Positions 12,842-26,661 of a DNA stretch of 64,000 bases are shown here, piece after piece. The notes under the pieces were generated by a model. It searched no databases, was not told where the DNA came from, and saw only the letters and a list, made by a program, of their open reading frames with translations. Origin of the DNA: Chrysomallon squamiferum (Eukaryota; Animalia; Mollusca); the NCBI GenBank assembly GCA_012295275.1, contig CM022668.1, forward strand, positions 9,114,001-9,178,000, read 5' to 3'. Every line of letters starts with the position of its first letter. Within the stretch, counting starts at the first letter, position 1. The position numbers and the translations under genes were made by a program.

Positions 12842-15002
12842 TTGCGTTACGTTACATCCGTCAGATTAAAATAAAATAAAAATAACACACACACTCTCTC
12901 CACTCTGCACTGTCGAGTATCGTACACTGTGGGAACCAGCCGAACCAGCCAACCGTAGTTTTCCTTACAAACGCGAAGAATGCGAGGAATGCAGACGGGC
13001 CAATCAGCGGCGGTTTTACAAAACGCGCCACTCTTTTTCTTTCACTAGCTTCTATTGGATGAGTAATTCTTTACTGAAGAAAAACTGCATTTTACAGCGC
13101 CGCCCCCCCACCTCCCTCTGCCCCGCCGTCCCCGATCCCGGCGGTTCAGTGTGATTATTGATAAACGGAGCTAGACTGAATTCTTGGTCTGTTTCAGTTA
13201 TTATTTGTTATTAATTAATTAATTATTCATTTGAATTAAAATCATAGCAAATATAACCAGCAGTAATGTTTGTTTTGTTGTTTTAAATATTAATCAATAT
13301 TATTTTTTATTACTTGCAGCGATGCGTTTCTAAATTTACAGAAAAATAAGAAAGTCTGTAAACACTCTGGATATTTGTTTATTTCTCAGAATTAACACAC
13401 GTTAACACACACACGCATACGCACACGCGCACACACACACACACATACATGCACACATACATCCATACACACATGCACATACACATACACACATACACAC
13501 ATCCATACACTCACTGCTTTACTTTTACTACTACTACTGCTGCTCCCACTACTATTATTACTGCTGCTGTTACTACTACTACTGTTACTACTAGTTACTG
13601 CTACTACTAATACTCCTCTTTTACCACAACTACTGCTACCACTGCTACAGCTATATCTGTTAAAACTGCTTTCACTACTACTTCTACCACTGCTATTACT
13701 ATTACTACGACGACGACTGCTACAACTACTACTACTATAATTACTTCTGCCGTAGCTGTTACTGATATTACTACCGATACCACAGATACTACTACCAGTA
13801 CAACAAGTACAATTAGTACTACTGCTACTTCTACTTGTACTACCACAACGGTGACTTCTACTTGTACTACCACAACGTTGACTTCTACTAATGCTGCCGC
13901 ATTACTTCTTCTTTTTCAACTACTACAACCAGCCGCCGCTACTGCTGTTACTATTACAACTACTACATCTACTAGTAAAACAAATACAACCATCAACGTT
14001 ACTACGACTTCTACTAATAAATACTAATATAGTTTCTATCATTAAAACACGCTGCTGTTAGTACTAACACCACTGTTGCTACTAATCTGCTTCTATTGAT
14101 ACTAATGGTAGCAGATGTAACAGTAGGGTTAGTATATATATATATATATATATATATAGTATATAGTATTAGCAGTAGAAGTAGTAGTAGTAGCTGTAGT
14201 AGCAATATCTGTAGTAAAAAACCAAACAATATTAGTAATGGTGGAAGTACCAGCAGTAGTAATTGTATTAGTAGAGTACTGGTAATAGTAATAGCAAACG
14301 TTGTTGTAATATTAGTAGAATATTAAAACAGTAGTAGCAGTAGACGTATGATATTAGTGATGTTTGTTTATTACTTGTAAACAATTAATATTAGTTATAT
14401 TCGCTATCATTTTATAGTCTTTTTTACAATTTCAGTTTTCTTTTTAAAAATAGTTTTATAATCATCTAAAACGTGTCACAGTAACATACTTGAAAAATCT
14501 GATAAGTAAATGAATTTAATAAACAAAACGTAGAACACAAATAAATAAGGGAAATAAATACTAATTTTTAAAAATAACAAAATTTAGTAAAGACCTTAAG
14601 CAAGTCTAGTTTGTCGTACTTTCATTTCTACAATAGGCGCGATTTGTGAAATCGTCATATTGTGTTAGAAATGAGTCAGACGATTCAAGTCCGCGATTTT
14701 CACATGCTGTGATATAAAGCCTGTATCACCAGTTTCTAGTTAGATATAGGTATTACTACATCTTCTTAATTTAGATATAATCTATAGGTGAACTTAATCG
14801 TCAAGCTGTCGTCTGATTCAAAACGACAGATATTGACATTGCTGTACAACAGAGGGCGTCAACTTGTAATACCAAACTCGGGTGGGGTGGGATAGGGGGG
14901 GTGTTCCTTTAAACTTTGACAGATGATTTCGTAATGTAATGATAAAATTAGTAATCGCAAATTTTCTTAATCTTTGAATATGAAGAGATAACATGGGGCT
15001 AG

Positions 15003-15040
<38 letters not shown>

Positions 15041-15395
15041 GACGACGACGATAACGATAGCAATAACAGTAACAATAATAAAAACAACAACAATAAATTG
15101 AATAATAAATTAACCTTTGTCAAACGTGTGAATCTGTATTTTATTGAAAATAGCAGTAGAACATTCATAATTTTGGACTGAGAAATGTATCATTTTGTTA
15201 TTGTTACCATGGTTTTGTCTGACACCAGGAACAATGACAGTAGCTGTAATAAGTTTGTTCAATTTTCATTACGATCAGTGACACGTCACAGAACAGCTTG
15301 ATTTAGGTAGAGCGGTCTGCGTAAAATCTGTTCCTGTATGTCTTTAATTGTATGTTCATGTAATTGTTTTGTCTATTTGTTTATTTTATTTTATT

Positions 15396-15426
<31 letters not shown>

Positions 15427-15728
15427 TTTTAGTATTTATTTAGTTAGTTAGTTTCTACTCGCTATTCAAAAAGAATTCGTGATACGAGAACAGCAAACCA
15501 CAACAAGGAAGTTGAATGTCTTTCTGATATACATTATTATTGTTGTTGTTGTTGTTGTTACTGGTGGCGTTGCTGTTTTTATTGGTGTTATTTTTAATGT
15601 TGTTGTTATTATTACTGTTGTTGTTGTTAATACTGTAGCTGTTTTTGTTACTGTTAAATAACTACGTTTGTATTATTTTCCTGAGAAGCAGAGTTTGATT
15701 ATAACTTTTACAAGAAAATGCCTATTTT

Positions 15729-15813
<85 letters not shown>

Positions 15814-16014
15814 GCTGACAATATGTTTGGTGCGTAGGAGTTAATATGTTTGTGAGTATGTGTATGATCGCATGCATTCTTATGTGTGCTTGAAATATAT
15901 GTCAGCGAGAGAAATAAAATGAATATTAAAAATAAATAAATAAAATAAAATAAATAAATAAAATAAAATAAAACAAAACAAAACAAAACAAACCCCAAGG
16001 CTTGCGACTTCAAA

Positions 16015-16135
16015 AACGAATGACGTCACAACAATAGTCTATGAGTCATAGCAATGACGCGTAATCAATTTGTTTAGTAATTCGATACTGCGACGTAACC
16101 TTATCACAGTTAACGCCCTTGATAGTGTGACGTAG
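16015..16135. promoter_or_regulatory. Candidate enhancer: CRE/AP-1/GATA motif cluster
   Basis: TGACGTCA 16021-16028, ATGAGTCAT 16041-16049, TGACGCGTAA ~16055, CGACGTAAC ~16091, TGACGT ~16128, plus TTATCA and TGATAG, all within 120 bp. Confidence 0.55.
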
Positions 16136-16409
16136 AATAATCAGGACATATATACAGTTAATTGATCGCTCAATTTTCAATAGCCGATTTTTAATTATTG
16201 TTGTCATATCAGTTTTCTTTAGAATTTTTTTTTTTTTTTAACTATTACAAAAGAAAAGAAAAAGAAAGGTAAGCTAACTTCCTTGTTAATGCCTGAATGA
16301 CTTGCATGTTTTCCTCCTTTTTATTTATTTATTTATTTATTTATTTATTTTCGTATTCTGCTTCTTATAACTCTTCCTTGTAGATTTACATCCGTATAGA
16401 GAGAGAGAG

Positions 16410-16456
<47 letters not shown>

Positions 16457-16567
16457 AGAGAGAGAGAGAGAGATGAAAAGAGAGAGATAGAGAGAAAGAG
16501 AAACATGAAGAGAGAGAAAGAAGGCACATATATGTTATTTTTCCGTGTCTATTAATAGTTGTTTGTT

Positions 16568-16662
<95 letters not shown>

Positions 16663-16720
16663 TATACAGTCAGTATCAAGAATATAATTTTTAAGATGTT
16701 ATTTTTCTGTTTGTGTTAAC

Positions 16721-16752
<32 letters not shown>

Positions 16753-16754
16753 TA

Positions 16755-16796
<42 letters not shown>

Positions 16797-17206
16797 GTTT
16801 TGTTGTTGTTGATTACTTTGTTGTTATAATTTATGCTGTTGCTGACGATGATGTTGTGACCGCTATAACTCTTTTTTTTATTATTGTTGGTCTACGCGTC
16901 TTTTTAAAAATGCTACTGCTGTTGTAAATTCCGCCAAATCGGCTCGTTACATCTCTCTCATTATATTAAATTGTAACTATATCTCGCTTTTCCTCCCTAG
17001 TTGTCTTTTATATAAAATTAAAAAATAATAATAATTAGACGAAAAACAGTTGGTGCACACGACAAACGCCATCTATCGAGTTAGTATAAGTTTCATAAAT
17101 CGTTATTACTATCTGGATTCGAAAATCCTGTAATTTTGATAAAAAAAAAAGGGAGGCCATTTTAAAAATATGAATAATGGTATCGATGAATTCTAAAGGA
17201 TTTTAA

Positions 17207-17244
<38 letters not shown>

Positions 17245-17424
17245 CAACAATAACAACAACAACAACAGTAGTAGTAATAATGATAACAACAACAACAATA
17301 ATAACGACAACAACAACAACAACAACAATTCATTATTATAATCATTTTCGTCATCAACAGCAAAAACAATGATGGTTTTATGTTTTCTATCCTTTTTTTT
17401 CTTTTTCGTCTCTTTTTCTGTTTT

Positions 17425-17458
<34 letters not shown>

Positions 17459-17807
17459 CTCTCTATCGTTTTTTCCTTCTTAATTTTTTCATATTTATTT
17501 GACTGATGATTTAAGTGGAAAACAAAATCTTTAGAAATACATTACGTAATTTTTCAACCATAATAAAAGAGAATAAAAAAAATAATAATAAACAAAAAAC
17601 AAAAAAACCCCAAAAACAAACATTCACAACACGTCATCATTATGTAAATGTTCATCATTTAAATGTACAATAAAACTTAGTATTTTTTCTCCTTATTATC
17701 TAAAAAGCACGTTTTTCATACAACAGTTTCGACATCATGCATATGTAGGTTCCAGAATGCTAGGAACATCTATATAAACATATATCGTTGAATTATTATT
17801 ATTATTA

Positions 17808-17839
<32 letters not shown>

Positions 17840-18040
17840 GTTGTTGTAGTTGTTTTCTTTTTCAGAATTCCTCTATTATATATTTGCAACAGTAGATTAA
17901 AGAAAAAATGAATTATAAAATACAAATACTCATTAAATTAAAATATATTTAGTTATGAGCAGCAACGCACTAACTTTAGCACTGATTACAGAAATATACC
18001 AAGTTTCTTTCTTTATTTACTGTTATTATTATTATTACAA

Positions 18041-18080
<40 letters not shown>

Positions 18081-18408
18081 CATTACTACTACTACTATTA
18101 CTACTGCTATTACTATTATTACTATTACTTCTGCTACTGTTATTGCTTCTGCTACTGCTATTACTATCATTTATTTTATTCAATTTTATTTTATTATTAA
18201 TTTTTGCAGGACATTTTGCTTTAATGTAAGTATGAAAACTGGCGCAGGTTTCTATTTCGAATTCGGTTCGTAACAGCTGCTTTTCAATTAATTATTATTT
18301 TAATTAATTTATTTTGTTGCTCTTGTTGTTCTTGTTGTTGTTGTTTTATATATATACCTTGATACGTAATTATCATTGCAGTTACTGTTACTACCTAGTA
18401 TTGTCTCA

Positions 18409-18489
<81 letters not shown>

Positions 18490-18531
18490 GTGGCACGAAT
18501 GCCGAAATTGATATTCCATTTAACAAGCAAT

Positions 18532-18563
<32 letters not shown>

Positions 18564-19135
18564 AACTTTAAAAATAATACTATGTAGAGAAAGAAAAAAA
18601 AAAAAATAAAAAAAATAACAAATAACAAATAATAAATAGAGAAAAGAAAAAAACAACAACAGGAGCTTTTAATGTTTCTGTTTGCAAATCTCCTTCATCA
18701 TGTTCATGTATTTTACTTAAGATTTTTCCATTAATGAGGCATGTTTGGATAACGACGAATCTGCCACTATCGACGTTTCATAAGCAAAATGGCTTATCAT
18801 CATGTTTTAGTATCGTACAGTTTGAGACTTTTTTTCAGCACTGAACAGAGATGCATCGATACACAGCGCTGTTAACAGAAAGATAAATGTATTTTATTGG
18901 GCGAACATGATGACTTTTTACGAGAAGTTAAGAAAGCTTGACAGAAAAAAAAAAAAAATAATAATGGTAAAAAAATAAAATAAAAAAAATAAAAATGTAA
19001 AAAAAAATATAATAAAACGACATGAAAGAAGGAAAAAAAATAACAATAATAAGGACGATAATTAAAGTGTTTTCTTATATTTTTCTTCTAAATAATCAGT
19101 GTTACTTTAAAGTATGTCGACAACAAACGAGTTTA

Positions 19136-19171
<36 letters not shown>

Positions 19172-19653
19172 TGTGTATATGTACGTACGTATGCACGTAT
19201 GTATGTAGGTATATGTATGTGTGTGTGTGTTATTACTATTTATTATTATTGTTGTTGTTGTTGTTGTTATTATTATTATTATTATTAATTTGTTTATTCT
19301 TTTAAATAGTTTTAATAATAACAGCAATAGAGGTGGTGGCCTTTACACCACTGACAATCGAAACAGTTCCAGTAATGTAGTACAAACAGTGATGATGGCG
19401 ATAGTAGCAGTAGCGGTAGTGGTAGTAGACGTCGTGAAGGTGGTTGCTGTGCTAGTAGTAGTAAAGTAATAGTAATTATAGTTGAAGTAGAGGTAGTGGT
19501 AGCACTAGCAGTAGTAGTAGTAGTAGTAGCGTATTAACCACAGTAAAAGAAATAGTAATCATTGTTTTATTAATTTATTTTTTCTTGGATTCACTTATAG
19601 ATAATAAAATTAAAATAAAATAAAATGAAAGAAGAAGATTTTTTGCCATTACC

Positions 19654-19686
<33 letters not shown>

Positions 19687-20004
19687 TTATCTCTACGACT
19701 TCAAACTACTACTACTACTACTGTTGCTATCACCGCCACTTCCACCATTTCAACTATCGTTACTATTACCATTACTGCGTCTGGTGCTACCACTGTTATT
19801 ACTAGTACAGACACCATCACCACCACCGCTACTACGACTACAACAGCTTATACAACAAAAAACTACTTATAAGAATAACTGAATACATTTTAAATAAACC
19901 CAGTGGTTGAAGTTTTGATATTTATGTTCCGATATTAAGATATTCTAAGTAATGTTAACAGATGAACGGCTGAAAATCCCAAGACATAAGAAATACGTTT
20001 GTAT

Positions 20005-20345
20005 ATCATACAGTGATATAAGGTGATAAATGGTCTAACCTCATATAAATAGGAAATCAGTTTGGATCACACGCAAGTGGTCTATCCAAAAGAAATAAGT
20101 AGTAAGTTTGGATCATAGAGCGATATATGCTGATAAGTGGTCTAACCTCAGATAAATCAATCTGGATCATACTGTTTCAGACTTGATAAGTGGTCTAATC
20201 TCATATAAATAGGAAATCAGTTTGGATCGTACACAAGTGGTCTAACCTCAAAGAAATGAATTTGGATCATACTGTTTCAGACTTTGATAAGTGGTTTAAC
20301 ATAAAAAATAAAAAAAAAAAAAAAAAAACTAAATCATAGAGTGAT
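20005..20345. repeat. Compound tandem repeat
   Basis: Repeated AAGTGGTCTAACCTCA...TTTGGATCAT units. Confidence 0.8.
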
Positions 20346-21902
20346 AGATGTTGAAAACATCCAACACTACCCGAGTGGTATAATCAATACCAGAGACAGA
20401 TTCCATCATCAACTGATACGGTTTCTGTTATTTTCTATTTTCTGATAAACCTGAACGTCAGTTATCGTGAAACATATGGGTCAGATTTCCAAAATAAACT
20501 ATAAAAGGACAAATAACTAGAGATCAAAAAAAAAAAAAAAAAAAAAAATAAAAAAACACCTTTAAGATTCATTTAAAAAAAAAAAAAAAAAATTATTTGC
20601 ATGTGGTCTGTCCGTTACAGTAACATTTTGCACGCTCGTACACACTCACAGCATCACGGACGCACGGACGTGTAAACACACCACACAATACGTGCAAACA
20701 CTAGCACGTTTTACCAACCAGTTAAAAAGATAAATACAAAAGCATAATGGTGATAGTTTCAACTAACGCCCTTGTTTATCAGATTTGTCAAAGGTTCTTT
20801 CAGCAGTACACCTACGCCATTCTGAACTCCTTTTGTTCCTGGACTTAGGCTCGACCCAGGTAAGAAAAGAAGAAATCTCTTTTGGTTTGGTATCTGTTTC
20901 TAACCTTCCCTTTGTCACAATGTGTGTGTGTGTGTTGTGTGGATTTATGTAAACCTATTTTATTGGCGGATTTATGAATGAAGTTTGCTGTTGTCGGCTG
21001 TTTTTTTTTCATGCTATCTCCTTCTGGTCATTGCCTTTGGTCGATGAAGCAATGTATATAAGATCTCCAGTTGACTCTTGAGTTTGTAAACATGACATTT
21101 TCGACAAATAATTTCATACACTTTGGACAGATTGCTCTCCGCTTTTATGAATGTTCTTTCTCAGGGCTTCCTTTGAGCTGTATCCCGTTCCAACCTGGTT
21201 TATTAAATCAGAAACACGAGCTTTCCTGCAAACAGTGTGATGGAAGTGCGTTTCCTTTCTCAAACCGTCAATATACAAGAAAATTCATGATTTTTGTTAA
21301 TAATAAAGTATACTGAGCCATTATTCCAGAATCTGTGTATTAAAGACTTTATATGAGATGCATGTTACAGATATCTTTCTGTAAATAGCGGTAGTGCGCT
21401 CATGCATGCCAACACGCACGCACACACACACACACACACACACACGTTCTGTCTCACGAACTACGGTTTCTGCTCTTCTGCACATGGGTTAATGCAGACA
21501 GAAAAATCTCGTGCTACTGAATAAAACATTTCTTTCAATGTTTGTTTAGTTCTTAATCGCATGAACAATTCCATTTACGTGTAGAATAATAATTAAAAAA
21601 AAAAAAAATGTACTGACTGTGTACTTAAGACAGACGTTTCTTTAAATTCAAATAAAAACAAACAAGAACGCAGTTTACGTAATGTCATTTTTATCTATGT
21701 CACAATGCATCAACAACAAATATAACAAAAACTGTGGCAACGCACACTTCTTTCATTCAGACATTTCTGAAATGTAGACAAAACAAGTCAGTCACGCAGA
21801 CAGACAGACAGACACAGAGCTCATCTCGGTGTATATTGCAATATAATGTAAAGCTTACACATTTATATATATAAAAAAAATAATAATAAATTAATAAATT
21901 AG

Positions 21903-21933
<31 letters not shown>

Positions 21934-22611
21934 AAAATTATAAAAATTTAGAAATTTTTTTGTTTAAAATTTAAAAAGAACAAATTTTAATTCCATCTTC
22001 AGAAATAAACAAAATACGAAGAACAAACAAAGACAAAAAAACAATATCTTTGTACACATTAATTCAAAAAAAACCAAATTTTTTTATATCAACAACAACC
22101 AGTTAGTGTTTGACAAACCACACACTCTGAAAACTGACAAAAAACTGAAAATTTACGAAGTACACACAAACATAGTAAATCATAATAAATATTCTGGCTA
22201 AAAAAAAAAAACCCACAGAAACAACAATAATAATAAAAATAAAACAATCTTTGATATATACCAGTGACCAGAACTGACAAAGTATAAACCAGTGAAGTAA
22301 CTGTGATATACTTTTGTTATCTATAAATGCTTTTCACTTGTATCAAAGGTTCAGATATGTCCTATCTTTAAGAGGATATACATGTGTATGTGTATGTGTA
22401 TGTGTGTGTCTATGTCTATGTCTGTCTGTGCTTGTGTGTCTATGTTTATGTAAAAGATGATGACAGCTGGAGATTTTTCTGTCATAAAATGTTAAGATAT
22501 AAACTGAAATAACTGAAAAGAAAATAATAAAAATCTCTCAAAAATGAATATAAATATGTTTGTCAAATTCTGAAGAAAAAAAATTAATAATAAAAAAAAA
22601 AAAAAAAAAAT

Positions 22612-22658
<47 letters not shown>

Positions 22659-24490
22659 TGCTTTTGGTGATATCTTCACTTGCAGAAGACTGGCAGGTTT
22701 AAAAAGTAAAAACACCGCATTGAAATATCAGATCTTGTAAACTTTGCTAAACATTTTGCATTGTTAAAAGGGCAAAGATCTATATTTGACATCATCTAAT
22801 TATTAATATTAATAATAATAATTTTAATAATAATTTTAATAATGTTAATAACAACAGTAATGAAAATAGTAACAGTGGTGCTAGTAGCAGTAGTACTAAT
22901 AACACTAACAATAATACTAATACTAATGGTAGTAGTAGTAGTAGTAGTAGTAGTAATGATAATAATAATTTTAATATTAATGAAAATAATAACAGTAGTA
23001 CTAGCAGTAGCAGTAAGAATAGTAATCTTAATAACACTAACAGTAATAGCAGTTGTAGTTGTAGTAGTAATGATAGTGACGGTGATGATGATTATAACTG
23101 TCGATGCAAATTTAATTCTATCTACAAAAACTAGTGTCATCAAAACTTTTCATGAAGTTTAAACACTACAGACTTCTAAATTGTAACTAAACTCATTTCA
23201 AATGATAACAAAAACTAACTAATCAGCATATTGGTTCTACAGTTAACAAACGTTGATATGGCAATTAGAAAAAAAAAAACAACAAACCCCCCCCCAGTAA
23301 CTAGTATACTTTACAAGTAAAACAATTATATATATAAAATAAATAAATGATATATTTAGAAGCATATATTTAAATGGCATTAAAAACTTAGACCATATCT
23401 AAAGTACTGTAACATTTCCTTCTTTTAATTTCATTACATAATAAAACAAAACAAACATTTATAGGGTTACCTAAAAGTTACTTTACAGTAGTACTATAAT
23501 ATAACAGTATTATGGTAAAGTAACTGTTCAGAAACAATATTCAAATTTAATTGAATTACATTTAACAGAAAAAGGCTCTAGTGTTCATTTTGTTATTAGA
23601 ATTAATTTTACAAAATGTTACAAAAAAAACCCCAAACAATGTTGTAAATCAAACACTTAGTGATCATTGTATAATGTTATTATTATTATTATTATTAAAT
23701 TTATTTATTTATCTGTTTTAATTTTGCAGGGTAATGTACTTATAAAAAATTGTTAAATTTGTTGCTGATATTTTTACACAAATGAAGAAGTATACAGTAA
23801 GTAAATAAATAAAATATACGCAATATTAATAATAAGGGAAGTAAAATTTCAAAGCAAAGTATCTTCATAAATCAAAATATGATAATTATCTTCCCTGAGG
23901 AAAAACAAAACAAAAACAAAAAAAATAAAAATGTGATAATTCTGCAATTTCTTTCTAATAATTTCTAATAATCTTAACCAAATCTCATTGTTTTCAACTT
24001 TTGTTATTTTCCATGATTTGTTTGTTTTCCCAGAATTTTCTCGGAATTTCCTGTAACATGACACATTTAAGAATTGTTCTACAAACAATCGAACAAGGGG
24101 AGACAAAAAAAAAAAAAAAAAAAAAATTTAAAACAAATAAAAACACGCTAAAACAAGCTCACAACATATAAAGCTGTTTTTTCAACAGTGAAGCGATTTG
24201 GCAATAAAATATACACCTGATCATATACTATATACATATGTACATTCACAGACGGATTTTATGTTAACCCTTTTAATGTCACTTCTTTTCTTCATGATTT
24301 ATTTCTAATAATGGTGATGACGACGAAATGACAACGATGATGATGATAATATTTTACAATCAGATGTGGTTGTAGTAGTAGATATTTTTAGAATTAACAA
24401 TAGCAGCAGCAGCAGCAGTCACAGCAGCAATAGTATAGTAGTACTAATTGTAATAATAGTAACGACTATAGTACTGTTGGCAATAGTAAC

Positions 24491-24523
<33 letters not shown>

Positions 24524-26606
24524 TGAAGTAACAGCAGTAGTCGTAATGGTAACAATGGTAGAGAAATAGTAATGAGGTGATGATAACAATAGTTTAAGTA
24601 ATAGCAATGACTGTAGTGGTAGTAGTAGTAGCAGTAGTAGTGGGTGCTCACAGTAATAGTGTAGCAGTAGTGATAGCAGCAGTGGTAGAAGTAGTAATAG
24701 TAGTAGTAGTGGAATTAAATTAATGTATTTGATTTGAACAACAAAGCACATGCTAATTTAGTTTATGAGGAGCAATTAAGTTCTGTTAATTTTATCATTT
24801 CTAATCTCTAAACAGACCCAGTCTAGTCTGAATACAATACCTCTAATATCGAGCTTGACATTAAAAGGGTTAACAATCATTTTAATCAAGGAAGTAAAAA
24901 AAAAAAAAAAAAAAAAAAGCAAAAAAAAAAGATAAAAAAAACAAATCATATTAGTAATGATGAAAGACAATGTAACGACCCTTCTGTAGGTCACAAGATT
25001 ATATGTTTATGTGTGAGTGTGTGTGTGTATCAACAACATACATACACACTTGTTGATTCATACATTTTAAAACCAGCCATAAAATGCAACAAAAATATTG
25101 ATATTTTCTTATTGACAGCTGTTCCAAGGGTTGTCTGTGTTGTATGTTAGTCTGTTTATGTGTTCATGCTCTTTGCCATATTAATTTGTATTTATCAAAT
25201 GAGGTTACAATAATAATAATAACAATAAAAAAAATTGTAGCATTTTTGTTCAAATGATGAAGGGAGACAACTCATACATTAAACAAAAAAGTAAAACTAT
25301 CTATAAAGATATTGAAAAAAAACAAACAAAAAAAAAAAAAAAGAAAAAAGAAGAAGCATATGATGTAGGAATATATATATTAAACAAAAAATAATAATAA
25401 TAAAATAAAGCAAGGATCATAATGAAAATGAATAAACACTAGACAGAAAACCCGAACCAACAGAAATAAAAGAAATATATTAAAAAAAAAAATAACAATA
25501 AAACAGACTAAACTTACAAAAAGCATTAAAATTAAAAATCTGTAAATAAGGATGTAAACAATAATAATACGTGGTAAACAAAAATGACTGCCCTATTACA
25601 AAACAAAAAAACAACAACACAAATTTATAAAGTAAGTTATTTACAGCTTTGTAAAATTATTCTGTTGAATTCTGTAGTAAATTTGTAACAAAACTGTTTA
25701 TCAATACGGATAAATAATAATAATTACAATTTTTTTTCCCCACAGTAATATTTTATTACCTGTACACTAACTCCAAATGCAGTTTGATCTTTATAATATT
25801 TGGATGAAAGGGGGTTGGAAAAAGGAAGTAAGACATTAAAAAAGGAACAGAAACACTATCAAAATTACTAAGACAGCAATTACAAATTTTAATTTAAAAA
25901 AAAACCCCAGTAAACTGTTACCAGTAATATCCGATAAATATCATAAACAATATAATCAAGGCACAACTAACTGAATTAAACTGCATAATTTTTAAAATTT
26001 ATTTAAAGTTTCCTTCTAAATAAAAATTGTTGTACTGCATGCCTATCATGGGAATAATTTCATTTTTATGTCTGTGGTTAATAATAGAATCTTTCCAATA
26101 CAGGACAGTTCATATGTAAATTATAATTAGGTCGCAAGGGCGCTAACTCTAAATAAACAACATCAGTTATCTGCTCTTGAACAGATGTGTTTAAGAGATG
26201 CTACTGTCAAAACATGATTCCATTTCAAGTTCAAATTAAAAGGAAGATAACTGTGAATAGATAATCATAATGCTAAGAGGGAAAACTGTTTACTCATGTA
26301 CCTTAAGAAAGAAAAAGGTTTATTTAATATATAAAAATGTTTAAATCCAATGTCAAATCATTTCATCTTTTTATTTTGTTATTTAATTATTTATTTCAAG
26401 TATTAAAGCATATCTAGTCACATTTTATTTCCAAAGTTATTTCTAATGATATTTGAAATGAATGAATTTAATCCTTAAATTGACTCCATCTTTCAAAAGA
26501 AAATAACTATTACTGTAAACAAAAATTAATAAGAATCTATAAACAAAAATACAAAATCAAAATTTTCTTTTGCTTCCCAAACCTTTCTTATTTTGAAAAA
26601 ATAAAT

Positions 26607-26661
<55 letters not shown>

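Larger units (their letters stand above)
12300..13150. promoter_or_regulatory. CpG-rich promoter island of the KLF gene with CCAAT boxes and a GC/GT-box cluster
   Basis: Sharp rise in GC and CpG over background. CCAAT at 13000-13004, ATTGG at 13054-13058, and a CGCCCCCCCACCTCCC/CCCCGCC tract at 13097-13140, all upstream of the KLF ATG. Confidence 0.75.
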
